The notes under the pieces: model-generated | What the model saw: the letters and a program-made list of their open reading frames with translations, nothing else | Database searches by the model: none | What the model was told of the DNA's origin: nothing | Source: Trypanosoma brucei | Lineage: Eukaryota | Direction: 5' to 3' | NCBI GenBank assembly: GCA_000002445.1 | Contig: CP000066.1 | Location: 1,472,001 to 1,536,000, forward strand | DNA: 64,000 bases | Position numbers and translations under genes: made by a program | Part shown: piece after piece, positions 30,273-41,823 of the stretch | Layout: each line of letters starts with the position of its first letter | How positions within the stretch are numbered: the stretch's first letter is position 1

Positions 30273-31097
30273 ATGGAGAGGGTAACATACGCTCGAACGG
30301 GGGCGCTTAGATCAACATACGCCGGTTTGCCCGTTACCAAAGAGCGTTTAGTCACCGCTGCACCTGCAAAATGGTTTCCACTACTCACAACGGTACCGCA
30401 ACGAGTACTTAAAAGCATCTCTGATAGTGATGGAGTTGACGGAAGCCTTCTTGGATTTTTACCAATAGCTTTTGTTTTTGAAGAGCTTCGAAAACACCTC
30501 TCAGATTTTACCCAACATGCGGCATTTCTGCGTGCCGTGCTTCAGTGGTACCATCAGACTGCGGGGGATACTTTGGAAAGTGAGATTGCCACTGATAAGG
30601 TGGAAATATTCCAACCGTACCTTCCCGCATATCGTCTTCGCGTACTAAAGGAAGGTGAAACAGTCGCGACATTCAACGACATTTCGCGCCGTGCCGTGAC
30701 GCTGATGGGGAAGGACCGCGGAATTAACGACATCCCGTTAGATCACCCGAGTTGTTCCGCACAGCACGCTGCCCTAGAGGTAAATTTTGTTCACAGAAAC
30801 TCTGAACCGTTTCAGCAGCGTTTACATACTTTGATGCAAGAGGAATATCGGAACATAAATTGGAGTTCACCGGATGAGGTTGGAAAGTTATGCGCACATG
30901 CCCTTCAACTGATGCGGGAGTTTGGGGGTGATGAGGATATGTGGTTAATGGAACTGCAAGTGGTTGACCTCGGTTCAACCAATGGCACAAATCTCAACGG
31001 GGAGTTGTTGCGACCATTAGAGCGGGCGACGGTTATTGAGGGGGACGTACTAACTTTTGGGTACTCAACAAGGAAGTACTTGATTGTCCGAGCTTAA
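30273..31097 (+). CDS. FHA (forkhead-associated) domain protein
   Basis: C-terminal FHA signature: GKDRGINDIPLDHPSCSAQHAALEV...LGSTNGTNLNGELL...VIEGDVLTFGYSTRKYLIV, carrying the conserved G-R, S-x-x-H and N-G elements. Start moved to the internal ATG at 30273 because the first 20 codons of the ORF run through a pyrimidine-rich tract. Confidence 0.6.
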   Translation: MERVTYARTGALRSTYAGLPVTKERLVTAAPAKWFPLLTTVPQRVLKSISDSDGVDGSLLGFLPIAFVFEELRKHLSDFTQHAAFLRAVLQWYHQTAGDTLESEIATDKVEIFQPYLPAYRLRVLKEGETVATFNDISRRAVTLMGKDRGINDIPLDHPSCSAQHAALEVNFVHRNSEPFQQRLHTLMQEEYRNINWSSPDEVGKLCAHALQLMREFGGDEDMWLMELQVVDLGSTNGTNLNGELLRPLERATVIEGDVLTFGYSTRKYLIVRA

Positions 31098-32125
31098 TTA
31101 CCTCCTTTTTTTTTGGGGAGGGCCTTGGCCTGTTGCGACGCCTGCTGCTCACTTCAAAGAGTATGCATGGGCAATCACGTCTGAGTTTATGTTGTTGGTA
31201 GTTTTTGTTGAGATGCTCCGCTAGTTCTCTGAACTCAGCTTCACACTGAGTTTCTAATGAATGTGCGTGTGTGGGTGTCACCACAGAACTTGTGCTTTTA
31301 CCAAGTTCCAGTTTTTGTTATTATTATTATTCCTCTAAAGCTCTCCTCTATATTTAACTAATGGGGACGCGTTGGAGTCATGTGGTGGTAGTTAAAAGCG
31401 TGATGTTACTGCTGGAGAATTTATTGTCACTTCTTTTTTCGCTCCGGAACAAGACAAGTTCTTTCCTTGAGGGTGTATGGAGGGAGGGAAAGGAAGAAGA
31501 TCCCGCGGAAGGGAGGGTGGATCAACTTGCTGAAAGTTATGTACAAACGTGCATACGAATGAAAGTTTTGGAACATTTTTCCTTCCTTCGCTTTTACGTT
31601 ATGATGAGTGTGTAGTACACAGGTATTTGTTTTCTGCGTTCAACTTTTCAATCTGGTACCGTCCGGTGAGTTTTCTTTATGCGATGGCCTTCCCATAAAT
31701 GCGATGGAAGAAATAGTGTGGTGATTGAAGTGAATCAGTATATTCTTTGCGTCTGATCTTAACAACAAAAAAGAAAAAGAGTGACACGAATTATCTTACG
31801 TGTTATATCAGCAGTGCACCGTTTCATACCACAATCTTCAGCATCCTACTCATGGTGTCCATAATACTTGTGATTTCGTCAAAAATGTGTTGGACAAAGT
31901 TCTTATACTGTTGCCGTTATTAACTTTACTTCGTATGGGAGGGCATCTGTAAGTTACTTTTCTGTTTTGTTAAGTTCATAATACCGTAGGAGCGACAGTA
32001 ACATATGCTTACATACATCAAGAAATATTCTTTATTTTTTTGTGTACGTGTCATATCTTGCTTCTCCGAAAACTCATTTCTCCTGTTTCGTCTGTATTTC
32101 CTTTTTTTTAAAAAAAAAGTGTAAA

Positions 32126-33067
32126 ATGCCATTCTGGAAGTATTTCGTAATTACCAAACCGGAGGTAGATGATGATGACCTTCCCCTGGCGAAGCACCGC
32201 ATTTATGACGATGACGGTAACCTGAAGCCGTTGACTGTGGATTCGATTCAACGGAAAGTCAATACAGCTCAAGGAAAACCCAAAACATCTCCAAAGAAAG
32301 AAATAACTCTTACACCAAAAACGCGCGCAAGAATATTGCGAAGTGTGGGGGTTTCTCCAACAGGCCCACGGAGAGTTCCTGAGCCCTCTACTCCAATTAC
32401 AGAAGCACTGACAACTCCTGAAAGCGTCAAGAAACGGGCAGTCAGACCCTCTGTAGAAAACTCAGACACGGCACGAGCCCTCTACACATCAAATGCGGAA
32501 ACATCAACACCAGACCAGAAGGCAAAAGGAGGAAAGGGATCTCTCAAAACAACACCAAAGAAAAGCGAGACCCCGAAAAGAAGTGCCTCAACACCGTCCA
32601 AATCACCAAAGAAGGAAGAACCAAAGACACAACCGACTACTGCTACGGAACCAGCAGCAAAATTATCACCCAAAAAGAGATCTGCTGCCTCGAAGGAGAC
32701 CACCCCGAGGAAATCGGCATCACCTCAAAAGGAGAATAACAAACGGAAAGCGGATTCGCCAGTAAACGTAACACCGCCAGCAAAGAAACCTGCTGCATCT
32801 AAAAAGGCTAAGAGAAGCAGATCGGCCTCGCCTCAGAAAGAAAAGGAGGAGAAGTCGCCAGTTGCGCAGACATCACCAAAAGCAAAGGCGAAAGGGGCCG
32901 CATCGAAGCGTTCACGATCTGAAACGGAAAAGGCGGTAGAGGAAGTGTCACCTCAGTGGAGTTGGTCCATCGATTCCCTCCGGGCGTTTGCCGCGGAAAG
33001 AAAAATTGATATATCGCAATGCAAGAAAAAGGTTGATATCTTTAACAAGATAAAGGATGCGCTATAA
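32126..33067 (+). CDS. basic K/S/P/T-rich protein with multiple S/TPKK-type motifs and a C-terminal SAP-like helix; putative nucleic-acid or chromatin binding
   Basis: Repeated SPKK, TPKK and SPQK motifs. pI clearly basic. The C-terminus WSWSIDSLRAFAAERKIDISQCKKKVDIFNKIKDAL resembles a SAP motif. Start taken at the ATG at 32126 after the polyY/A-rich tract. Confidence 0.5.
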   Translation: MPFWKYFVITKPEVDDDDLPLAKHRIYDDDGNLKPLTVDSIQRKVNTAQGKPKTSPKKEITLTPKTRARILRSVGVSPTGPRRVPEPSTPITEALTTPESVKKRAVRPSVENSDTARALYTSNAETSTPDQKAKGGKGSLKTTPKKSETPKRSASTPSKSPKKEEPKTQPTTATEPAAKLSPKKRSAASKETTPRKSASPQKENNKRKADSPVNVTPPAKKPAASKKAKRSRSASPQKEKEEKSPVAQTSPKAKAKGAASKRSRSETEKAVEEVSPQWSWSIDSLRAFAAERKIDISQCKKKVDIFNKIKDAL

Positions 33068-33861
33068 GTGTGTGTTATTTTCTTTTCCTCCATCCCCCTC
33101 ATGTTGTCAGTGATGGTGTGGAGGGTACGGTGGTAGGAGTTTGAGATGTTGTATGTATCTCTCGTTGTAGATGCCTCTTGTGGCACAAATACCTTTTGGT
33201 AGGCAAACTGGTTGAATGCATCACAGGGGTTTAGAGGTATTCCTCCGGTGTGGATCTGTGGAGTCTGCACTGTTGTTTAAATGATTCAAATTCACATTTG
33301 TATTTTAGAGATATTCCCCCGGGGCACCGAAGGACACATGCATCCCCGTCAACAGCAATACGGATGAGGGGATGATGTGGGATATACCCGCACGTGTGTT
33401 GAAAGTGTTCTGAGCATCTTTGCAGTGGAAAGGGGGGAAAAAAGTAATAAAATAAAACAACCCTCGACGGGACGTAACTTCCATGAGTCAAGGGAAGTAT
33501 AGATGGATGGAAATACATGCAGGAAAAGTTGATACTGTCATGAATCAGGGTGAGTTTTTATAAATGTACCAACCTTTTCCATCAATATCTTTTCGTTTCG
33601 TGAGATTCTGATTATTCCATTCTATTCGGTTCGGTTCGTATGTACTCCTCATTCGTCCTAGATCATGTCCTGTCCACTCTCGCCCACATTCGCTGTGCGG
33701 CATACCGCACTGCGCTTTTTTCTTTTTTTTTTTGTGTGCATATGCGTTAGTGGAGTATGGACATATATATGTAGATGTATAAATATATTTATTTGTGCGT
33801 TTTTTGTCGTCATTTTTACTCTTGTTGTAGCTATATGAAGTTGAAGAGATTAAAAGGCTAA

Positions 33862-35415
33862 ATGATAACGGACGTTACGAGCACTAAACGGCCCGTGGAA
33901 TCACGCAAGTGCATTGTTGTAATGTGTGCGGATACGCGTTATCATGTTGTTAGAACTGCTGCCGTATCGCTTGGTTGGCACGTGGAGGACGGGGAACGTG
34001 ATGATGTACCCTCCTCCTTTCATGGGATTTCACTAAATAAAGATATGAATTCCCTTAGTGAAACAATTTCTCTTCTCGGCGCCAAGTGTAATGCGGCTCT
34101 AAATCCTCAGATAATTTGGCTGGACAAAAGCGTTTTATCGTCCCGTGTCGCTGCGTTATCGTGCTTCCATCGCGTCAATCACTTCCCAGGCATGCATGTG
34201 ATTGCACGTAAAGCTACCTTGTTTAAGCGGCTCATGCGTATCCGCCGCCAACACGATCTGTCGCCAACGTTAAGGCGTTCACTTGACGCGTTTCCATGGA
34301 GTTTTTCCCCTTCCACAGAGTTACTTCAACTTGAGAGGTTTATTAGCGATGGACGTGAAGGGGAAATCTTTATACTTAAACCAAATAAAGGATGTGAGGG
34401 GAAGGGTATAATCATTACAGCGGAACCTCTACATGTTGTGGAGAGGATGACAGATGAGGAAAGAAATGAGTGCCTCGTACAACAGTACGTGCCGCATCCC
34501 CTTTGTATTGACCGTAAGAAGTTTGATTTGCGTATTTATGTCCTCGTGACGTCTGTTGTTGTCGGTAAGCCGCCTCGAAAAGGGTTCCGCGGTGCAGCTC
34601 CGCCAAAAGAAACGCATGGTGGATCTTCTTTTCCTCTAAATGGGCTTCAGTTGTTTGTTCATAAGGAGGGTTTGGTGCGTATCTGCACAGAAGACTATGC
34701 GACCCCCAACGCAAGCAACTGTAAAAGACAGGGCATGCATTTAACCAATTACGCTGTTAATAAGCGGGCTCAAGGGTTTTCGGTTGGTGATGTTTTGAAT
34801 ACAGATGATAGTAGCAGTAATGGGATTTGTGAAGGAAACAAGCGAGACTTCAAGTTTTTGGAGCATTACATCAATGGCCTTGTTGGGTGCAAATCCGATA
34901 CAACTGAAGATGATGTTTCCGGCGGCGAAACCACATCACGCTGGGAACGTGTCTTGCACCGAATCGACAGATGTATTTTACTGACGGTACTTTCCGGATT
35001 GGAGAATTTGCGGCGAGAGTTTATTGGAACAGGAGCTTCACGTGGTTCACGAAGCGACGGTCGTAACTGCTTTGAGTTACTTGGAGTTGACATTTTGTTA
35101 ACGGAGGATTTAAAGCCTGTTCTTATGGAGGTAAATCATTCCCCTTCCCTATTTTGCGACTCCGATTTTGACTTTCGAACAAAACACCGCGTACTGATGG
35201 ATGTATTTCGTTTGCTAGAACCATATGTGCCTTCGCTTGAGAATTGTAATGATGCGGCGTATGCAACACTTCAGGAGTCCATAACTGCGGGAGGTAACAT
35301 GTCTTCGACGGGGTTTCGACAAATATCTCCTTTACGCGTGGGTGGTGATGACTGGGCGGATGAAGAAATGCAAATGTTTGAGGAAATGCTTCGTCATGCA
35401 AACGGGTTGAGGTAA
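33862..35415 (+). CDS. tubulin-tyrosine-ligase-like (TTLL) family enzyme, probable tubulin polyglutamylase or related
   Basis: TTL-domain motifs: FILKPNKGCEGKGI, QQYVPHPLCIDRKKFDLRIYVLVTS, FELLGVDILLTEDLKPVLMEVNHSPSL. Confidence 0.8.
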   Translation: MITDVTSTKRPVESRKCIVVMCADTRYHVVRTAAVSLGWHVEDGERDDVPSSFHGISLNKDMNSLSETISLLGAKCNAALNPQIIWLDKSVLSSRVAALSCFHRVNHFPGMHVIARKATLFKRLMRIRRQHDLSPTLRRSLDAFPWSFSPSTELLQLERFISDGREGEIFILKPNKGCEGKGIIITAEPLHVVERMTDEERNECLVQQYVPHPLCIDRKKFDLRIYVLVTSVVVGKPPRKGFRGAAPPKETHGGSSFPLNGLQLFVHKEGLVRICTEDYATPNASNCKRQGMHLTNYAVNKRAQGFSVGDVLNTDDSSSNGICEGNKRDFKFLEHYINGLVGCKSDTTEDDVSGGETTSRWERVLHRIDRCILLTVLSGLENLRREFIGTGASRGSRSDGRNCFELLGVDILLTEDLKPVLMEVNHSPSLFCDSDFDFRTKHRVLMDVFRLLEPYVPSLENCNDAAYATLQESITAGGNMSSTGFRQISPLRVGGDDWADEEMQMFEEMLRHANGLR

Positions 35416-36266
35416 CATAACATTTTCGTAAAGCGTCCAGCTTGAAAGCGAACTGCGAGATATGATGGTCCCTCCTGTCGCTTTATCGATTTTCTTTTTT
35501 TTTTTCTCTCTCTCTTTTTTACATGTGCTTTGAGGGGCATTACTCGGTCCTGTTGTCCGGATGTTTTGATACTCTGTGGTTTCTTATTTTGTGGTTACCT
35601 AAACCGTGTGTCTGTCTGTTCGTACTACCACTATTCAAGAGGGAAAAAGAAAAGGAAGAGTGGGTTCGACACAAACCGTTTTTTATTTAAAAGGGGATAT
35701 TCGCAGGTTGGCAGTGGGGCACTTTTTATAGTATTGGTTTCGAATGTCGAAACGCATACCGTAAGATGTTAGTAATGAAAAAAAAAAGATGTCTGCATTG
35801 TAACTAACTACGTGGAATTTAACAACAAAGCCAAAAAAGGAAAAGAAAAAAAAAGAAAAATAATACAATAAACGTACCGTTACATAAATTCCCTTCTCCC
35901 ATCGTGGCGTTGGTTTCCGCCTGTATTCATGATGTCTGTCAACAACAGGGGCACTGTCTTTGTGGGGGTGAAATATTAACGTGTATTATTCGCTATTGGC
36001 ACTTCTTTTTTTTTAAAAAAAGACTTGTAGTTGTTTCTGAGTTATTTTTGTAGGTTCCAGGAACCTCTTTTCAAACGATGTGTTGTAAGCAATATATATA
36101 TATATAACCCCCTATGCGTCAGGGCCTCTTTTCCTTTTCCTTTTTCTTTTTTGCTATTATTAGAACATTTTCCACCCGTGAGGTGTATTTTAGACTAAGG
36201 TATATTTGGTACCCCGCTCTTTTAAAGGGTTTTAATAAGAGGGGTCAAAAACAAACAAACAAACCC

Positions 36267-37814
36267 ATGACTTCTCCAAAACGGCCCGTGACTTCTTTTG
36301 TTCCATTTGATGAATCTTCCCAACAAACTACCACTGATGTGAACATAGTGGAAATGGCGATTCATCGCTCTATCGGACTTTTTTCTATTAATGTCTTTGA
36401 CGACACAACAGCAGATGTCGCACCAGAGGATAGTATGAAATTAGACGACTCCACAATTGCGTTGATGAAAACATACGTGCTTTCCCGTTTACTTGGCCAT
36501 CCCCATGAACCACGCTTAACATCGGAGGTTGAATCGAGGTTCTCCGCATTTATTCATGAGCGGAATAGTCGAAACCTTCTTGAACTACAGCAGGTGTTTT
36601 GGTGGGCTCGAAAGTTTCACAAGACGCCTGTAACTGACCTCTTTGCGGAATATACACGTGGTCATGCTGCTCAGCGACAGGCATGGTGCCGCTCGAAAGG
36701 TAGAAATGGTCAATGTATTTCTAGAGTAGATCGTTCGTCATTTCGTACCCGGTCGGTGTTACGAGAGTCGATGCTTCCGTGTTTTTCAACTGGCAAAAGG
36801 GTTGGTGTTCCACCATACAATTACAGAGTAGCTCCATCACTTCAAGAGGATGTTGTGAGGGTGTTATTGACAGCTTTAGCTCAACAACCGATTAGTTTTC
36901 TCCTTCCTGACGGGCGTATCCTTCCCCTATTAATGGCAAATCCCATACCATTGCCCTCTTGCATTACAAGTTCATACCGCTGCGATACTTGTGCCAATTA
37001 TCCCTCATATGTGGCTTTTCAATCATCTGCAGGTGCAAATGCACACGAAACCCCGGCTGACGTGACATGTTTGTCTAGCATCACAATGTGCTTGCCTTGT
37101 GCAGTGCACTTCGTGTATGAAAGCTTTGCTAAAATGAAAGCAGCGTTGGCGCCACCGAAGTACGTGCCATTTAACGATGGGGAGTGTCGAATGAACGTGT
37201 GGTCTGCGGTTTATGAGGGAAACACAGTGTGGATGTCTGTAGAACTTGAACCAATTAATTTATATTTGTGCGTGTGGCAGTTACAGGAAGGGCTGTTGAT
37301 GGACCAGCTGCCATTCGCTGAGCAGTTCTCTTCGGTGGCGGTGCCAACAGGAACGTGGCGTGAGCAAGCAACAATAGTTTCTCTTCACAATGGTAAAAAG
37401 CAATACGATCCGACAGCCGTGTGCCCCATATGTTTAGAGCCGTTTAATTCACTGGACCTGAACAATGAAAATAGCGTTTTCTCTGCGGTCATGAAAACGA
37501 GTTGTCAGCATTGGTTTCACACTCAATGCCTTGTGGATTTGCGGTGTGCCTCCTCGAGTAGTGGTGTTTGCCCGATATGTCGGAATAAAAACTATATTCC
37601 GAATTCAAGCACAAGTGAGGCATATGAGGTGAAATTAACATTGGCGCAATCTCCACGGGGTATGCGACCACCAGTTGTTAGAGTAGCGGTAGCGGCACTT
37701 CTTGGTGAGGAGTACATAAACCCAACATCTGTTGTTGCGTGTCGCGTCTTGAACCTTCGCTGTGGCGAGGAATTTAACGATCGGGAGAAAGACAGCTCCT
37801 GTTCTCCCATGTAA
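36267..37814 (+). CDS. RING-H2 finger protein (putative E3 ubiquitin ligase)
   Basis: C-terminal CPICLEPF-x20-CQHWFHTQC-x13-CPIC matches the RING-H2 spacing C-x2-C...C-x-H-x2-H-x2-C...C-x2-C. Start taken at the ATG at 36267 downstream of polyY 36122-36152. Confidence 0.7.
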   Translation: MTSPKRPVTSFVPFDESSQQTTTDVNIVEMAIHRSIGLFSINVFDDTTADVAPEDSMKLDDSTIALMKTYVLSRLLGHPHEPRLTSEVESRFSAFIHERNSRNLLELQQVFWWARKFHKTPVTDLFAEYTRGHAAQRQAWCRSKGRNGQCISRVDRSSFRTRSVLRESMLPCFSTGKRVGVPPYNYRVAPSLQEDVVRVLLTALAQQPISFLLPDGRILPLLMANPIPLPSCITSSYRCDTCANYPSYVAFQSSAGANAHETPADVTCLSSITMCLPCAVHFVYESFAKMKAALAPPKYVPFNDGECRMNVWSAVYEGNTVWMSVELEPINLYLCVWQLQEGLLMDQLPFAEQFSSVAVPTGTWREQATIVSLHNGKKQYDPTAVCPICLEPFNSLDLNNENSVFSAVMKTSCQHWFHTQCLVDLRCASSSSGVCPICRNKNYIPNSSTSEAYEVKLTLAQSPRGMRPPVVRVAVAALLGEEYINPTSVVACRVLNLRCGEEFNDREKDSSCSPM

Positions 37815-38670
37815 TTTCACACAAACAAGCAAACAAACACAATACACACAATAATACACAAGGTTTGATGCAGGGGGGAAAGATAAAACGGAAATAAATA
37901 TGAGTGATTTCCGCTTATGAAAGGTTTTAGTTTACAGAGGCGTTCAAGTGGAGGTTGGTGACCAGTTTTTTTCCCCCTTTTCCGTGGTTATTGGTGTTGT
38001 TGTTGTTATTGTTATTTTCCTCCTCTCATATTTGAACCTGATGTCCTGTTGTTGCTTTCAACCGCGGTTTCATACCAAATTTTTTTGGGAACGAATCCGG
38101 AGCTGGTGGGTTGTAAGCGCTCACGCGTGTTAAATTGTTTGCCCACTTGATATGTTTGCTGAAACAACATATTCGCTTTAATTTAATTTAATTTACTTTC
38201 CTTTTTTTTTTCGAACAATCCACAGTGATGTCTTACCTGCATTGTGTGCGAGTGCAGTGTAGTTAATTTTTTTTCTTTTATGTTTCTCTTATGTGAAATG
38301 ATGAGCTCTTCTTCGAATTGGTGCAATGAAGTTAAATTTGGTAGGGAAGAAGCAAACTAATTATATTTAATGCACATTTTTCTAATACATTTTGTTTCAG
38401 CACACTCCTTTCCCCCAAACTTTCCTCTGATCGGTGCAATATTAAACTTCAACCTTGTCGCTGGCGGTTGTGGTGGTTGCTCGTTCCTTCAGCAAAAACA
38501 AAAAACAAAACAAAAAAGAAAAGAAAAGCAACGACGGAACCACAAACACAAACAAATGTGGTACATATCGCGTGCGTCACATGTTATGCACATTTTTTTT
38601 TTTTTGAAGTTGAGAGGGATACACAAGGGATTCACTACCGCAACTGCTTTTGCGCAGGTATGTACGTATG

Positions 38671-38720
38671 TTTATATTTATATATATTTATATATATTTA
38701 TATATATTTATATATATTAC
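38671..38720. repeat. (TTTATATATA)5 decanucleotide repeat
   Basis: tttatatttatatatatttatatatatttatatatatttatatatattac. Confidence 0.9.
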
Positions 38721-39721
38721 ATGTCTGTCGGTCTGTCGGTTTTTTTTGTTGTGCATTTGATTTGAAACACACTGGCGGTATGCGGGTACAGTAATTTTCA
38801 TCTCCCTATGCTGAAAAATGCTTATGAGGGCTCTCACTCCTTTTTTAGAAAAAAAAATCTTGTTTCAGGAGTTGTGTGTTGGTGGTGTATGTTGCCTTTT
38901 TTCCCCCCCCTTTATCTGGACTATTATTCAGTTTCTTTTTTGTTTTTGTTTTCTTCCTTATATTTGGGGAGGGGAGGGGTGCTTTTAAATTTCTTCCTTT
39001 TCTTTTTTTTTGCTGATAATAATCGGGATTCGTCACCTTGAAGTTTTTTTTTCTTGGGTGTGGGGGTGGGGGAGGCGGAGAGGGGGAGGTCAATGATCGC
39101 TCAATTCTTTTTTTTTCTTTCAATAATAATAATAATTATTATTATTAATATTATTGACACGAATAATGGAAAGAGTTTGTACAGGGGAGGGCCGAGGAAG
39201 TTGTTTGAGTCTCATGAGAAAGGGACAACTCGATGAGTTTTATACTAATAATAATAATTATTGTTGCTGTCGCCTCCTTATTTTCTTTTGTTCGAAACTT
39301 CCCAACAAATTGTTGAGGTTGGTGACGGAAGCTTGATTCCCGTTGTGTATGCTCGTGTCCTTTTTGTATTTCTCTTCCTTTTTATCGTCATTTTGGCTTC
39401 TGTTTGTGTTTGTATTTGTGTTTGTGTGTTTTTTTTAATTATTTTGGTGCCCGTTGTTATTTTTGGATGAAGTTCCTCTCATTTTTATATCAAAGAAATG
39501 TCTACCCGCTTCCGTCAGCCGATAGCGTTGGGACACGAGTTTCATGTGAAACCCCTCAGGACAAAAAAAAATTTTCCGCCACACTTCGAATCTTTCAACT
39601 CCCTTGATTGATTCTTGAATTTTGAATTTTGTTTTTTTTAAATAATATATATACAAATCTTTTCTTCGTTGTTGTCTTTTTTTTTCTTTTGCCCTGTAGT
39701 TTTCTGCTGGCTCTCTCTCTT

Positions 39722-39749
39722 TATATATATATATATATATATATATATT
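39722..39749. repeat. (TA)14 microsatellite
   Basis: Direct reading. Confidence 0.95.
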
Positions 39750-40080
39750 ACAACGGAGGAGGAGAGAAAGAAAATAAATGAAAGAAAAACCTTCTGTAAA
39801 GTTGTGCCTACTCAAGTGAGTTGTTAACACATTTGGATGGGAGGACGGCCCCCTCCCCTACAGCACCTTCCTTTTGTTTGTCATGTGCCCCAATTTGTTA
39901 TCTCTTCACATCCTTTAATGATTTTCTAACTTCTTCCTTCTCCATCAATTCGTATTCTTTTTTTTATATATATCTTTTCTTCCATTTCTATTTTACTTTA
40001 CTTTTTTTTAATGTTTAATATCCTCTCTCTCGCTTTTTCCCATTTTCCTCACCCTACATTTTTTTTTTAAATGTAGAAGG

Positions 40081-41823
40081 GTGTTTAGAAAACATTTCAA
40101 GGAAATGCCCACCCACAGAGATCCGGATGAGCTTGAAGAGTTATTACAATATATGGCACCTGGAAGTACAATAGACGATATCGTTAGTGATAGTAACAGT
40201 GATGATGAAGTTGGTAATTATCGCGTTATGCATGGAGGTCGTCGGTGTGATGCTGCGCGTATTGTATTAGGTTCTGCGCCTGGTACCAATACTCAGCGTG
40301 AGACAACGTCATTAAGTAAAATGCAACCCTCAAAACACACTACAAATAATGCCAGTGTATTACGTAGGATACGTGTGGATGAGTTTTATGGGGACGTCGC
40401 CCCTGGTGTGGGTGGTGGCGGTAGCAGTAGTGTAAATCAGAGGACAATTAATGATCTTAAAGATGTGGCGCATTCCAACCGACTCGCCTCCACGCAGGCA
40501 CCGCGAGATGTGGACCGATCGGAACGGGCAACTGTAGAGAATGTCATGGACCCACGGACCCGGTTGTTGTTATACAAACTTGTGAACAGCGGTCAGCTTC
40601 GTGAGATTAATGGTTGTGTGTCAACTGGAAAGGAGGCAAATGTTTACTACGCAGTTGCTGGTGATGGGAGCCCAGCCGCTGTGAAGGTGTTCAAGACGTC
40701 TATTCTTGTGTTCAGAGACCGCGATAAATACGTGTCTGGGGAGTTCAGGTTCCAGCGGTACTGTAAAAGTAACCCACGCAAAATGGTGCGTACGTGGGCG
40801 GAAAAGGAAGCGCGCAATTTGAACCGCCTGCAGGATGGTGGAGTTCTTGCGCCTGCAGTGATTCTTTTGCGGCAACATGTTATTGTAATGGAATTTCTTG
40901 GTGAGGACGGGTGGCCCGCGCCTCGGTTAAAAGAGGTCCGTTTCCCTTCTGCTGCAGCGTTGGACAAATGCTACCTTGATTTGTGCTGCACGATGCGCAA
41001 AATGTACGGTCGGAGTAAACTCATTCATGGAGACCTTTCCGAGTATAATCTTCTGTTGTACCGCGGCCGTGTTGTGGTTATCGATGTTTCGCAATCGGTT
41101 GAAAAGGACCATCCGCGTGCAATGGACTTTTTGCGGCGTGATATCGTTAATGTTAACGCCTTCTTTCGGACAAGAGGGCATCAGCAGCTTTTCTCACTTC
41201 AAGACTTATTTCACTTCATCACGGCACCTCCGGCATCTCGTGGCTGGCAGCGCTGCGAAGGATCTGATAACTCCTCGGAGATTTTACAACATTTGCTTTC
41301 TCTACGCGAGGAGCGTGAACGCGAAGGTAATTTGACTGCTGTGGATGAGGATCAAGCCAAAGTGGATGAACAAGTTTTTTTGAACATCGCAGTACCACGT
41401 AGTCTTGGGGAAATTGCAGACCACCGAGCTCCCAACGCAGAAATTGCGCCATACGTTGCCGAAATGACAGCGGCACGTGCGGACTCGCTAGCGGAGGTAA
41501 AACACGAAAATCAAAAAAATATGACTGAGGAAAAGAATGAGGAAGATGAGGAAAGTGATGATTATGACGAATGTGAAACGGATGATAGTGACGGTACGGA
41601 TGATGACGGACAGGAAAGAGCCGGTAAAAGGGGGAAAAGCAACGAGAAGAATGCCACTGCTGAGTACGATGATGACGGAGAGGGGCGGCAATTACCCAAA
41701 ACAATTGCTGAGATGACGAAGGAGGAGCGCAAAATATACCACAAGTCTGTGAAGGAGGCCAATCGCGAGCGTCGTGCGAACAAGAAGAAGTCGAAAAATG
41801 GAAAGGCGAAGAAAAAGAAATAG
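40081..41823 (+). CDS. RIOK1: RIO1 serine kinase (atypical protein kinase, ribosome biogenesis)
   Basis: RIO1 signatures: INGCVSTGKEANVYYA, LIHGDLSEYNLLLYRGRVVVIDVSQSVEKDHPRAMDFLRRDIVNVNAFF. Acidic then basic C-terminal tail. Confidence 0.85.
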   Translation: MFRKHFKEMPTHRDPDELEELLQYMAPGSTIDDIVSDSNSDDEVGNYRVMHGGRRCDAARIVLGSAPGTNTQRETTSLSKMQPSKHTTNNASVLRRIRVDEFYGDVAPGVGGGGSSSVNQRTINDLKDVAHSNRLASTQAPRDVDRSERATVENVMDPRTRLLLYKLVNSGQLREINGCVSTGKEANVYYAVAGDGSPAAVKVFKTSILVFRDRDKYVSGEFRFQRYCKSNPRKMVRTWAEKEARNLNRLQDGGVLAPAVILLRQHVIVMEFLGEDGWPAPRLKEVRFPSAAALDKCYLDLCCTMRKMYGRSKLIHGDLSEYNLLLYRGRVVVIDVSQSVEKDHPRAMDFLRRDIVNVNAFFRTRGHQQLFSLQDLFHFITAPPASRGWQRCEGSDNSSEILQHLLSLREEREREGNLTAVDEDQAKVDEQVFLNIAVPRSLGEIADHRAPNAEIAPYVAEMTAARADSLAEVKHENQKNMTEEKNEEDEESDDYDECETDDSDGTDDDGQERAGKRGKSNEKNATAEYDDDGEGRQLPKTIAEMTKEERKIYHKSVKEANRERRANKKKSKNGKAKKKK

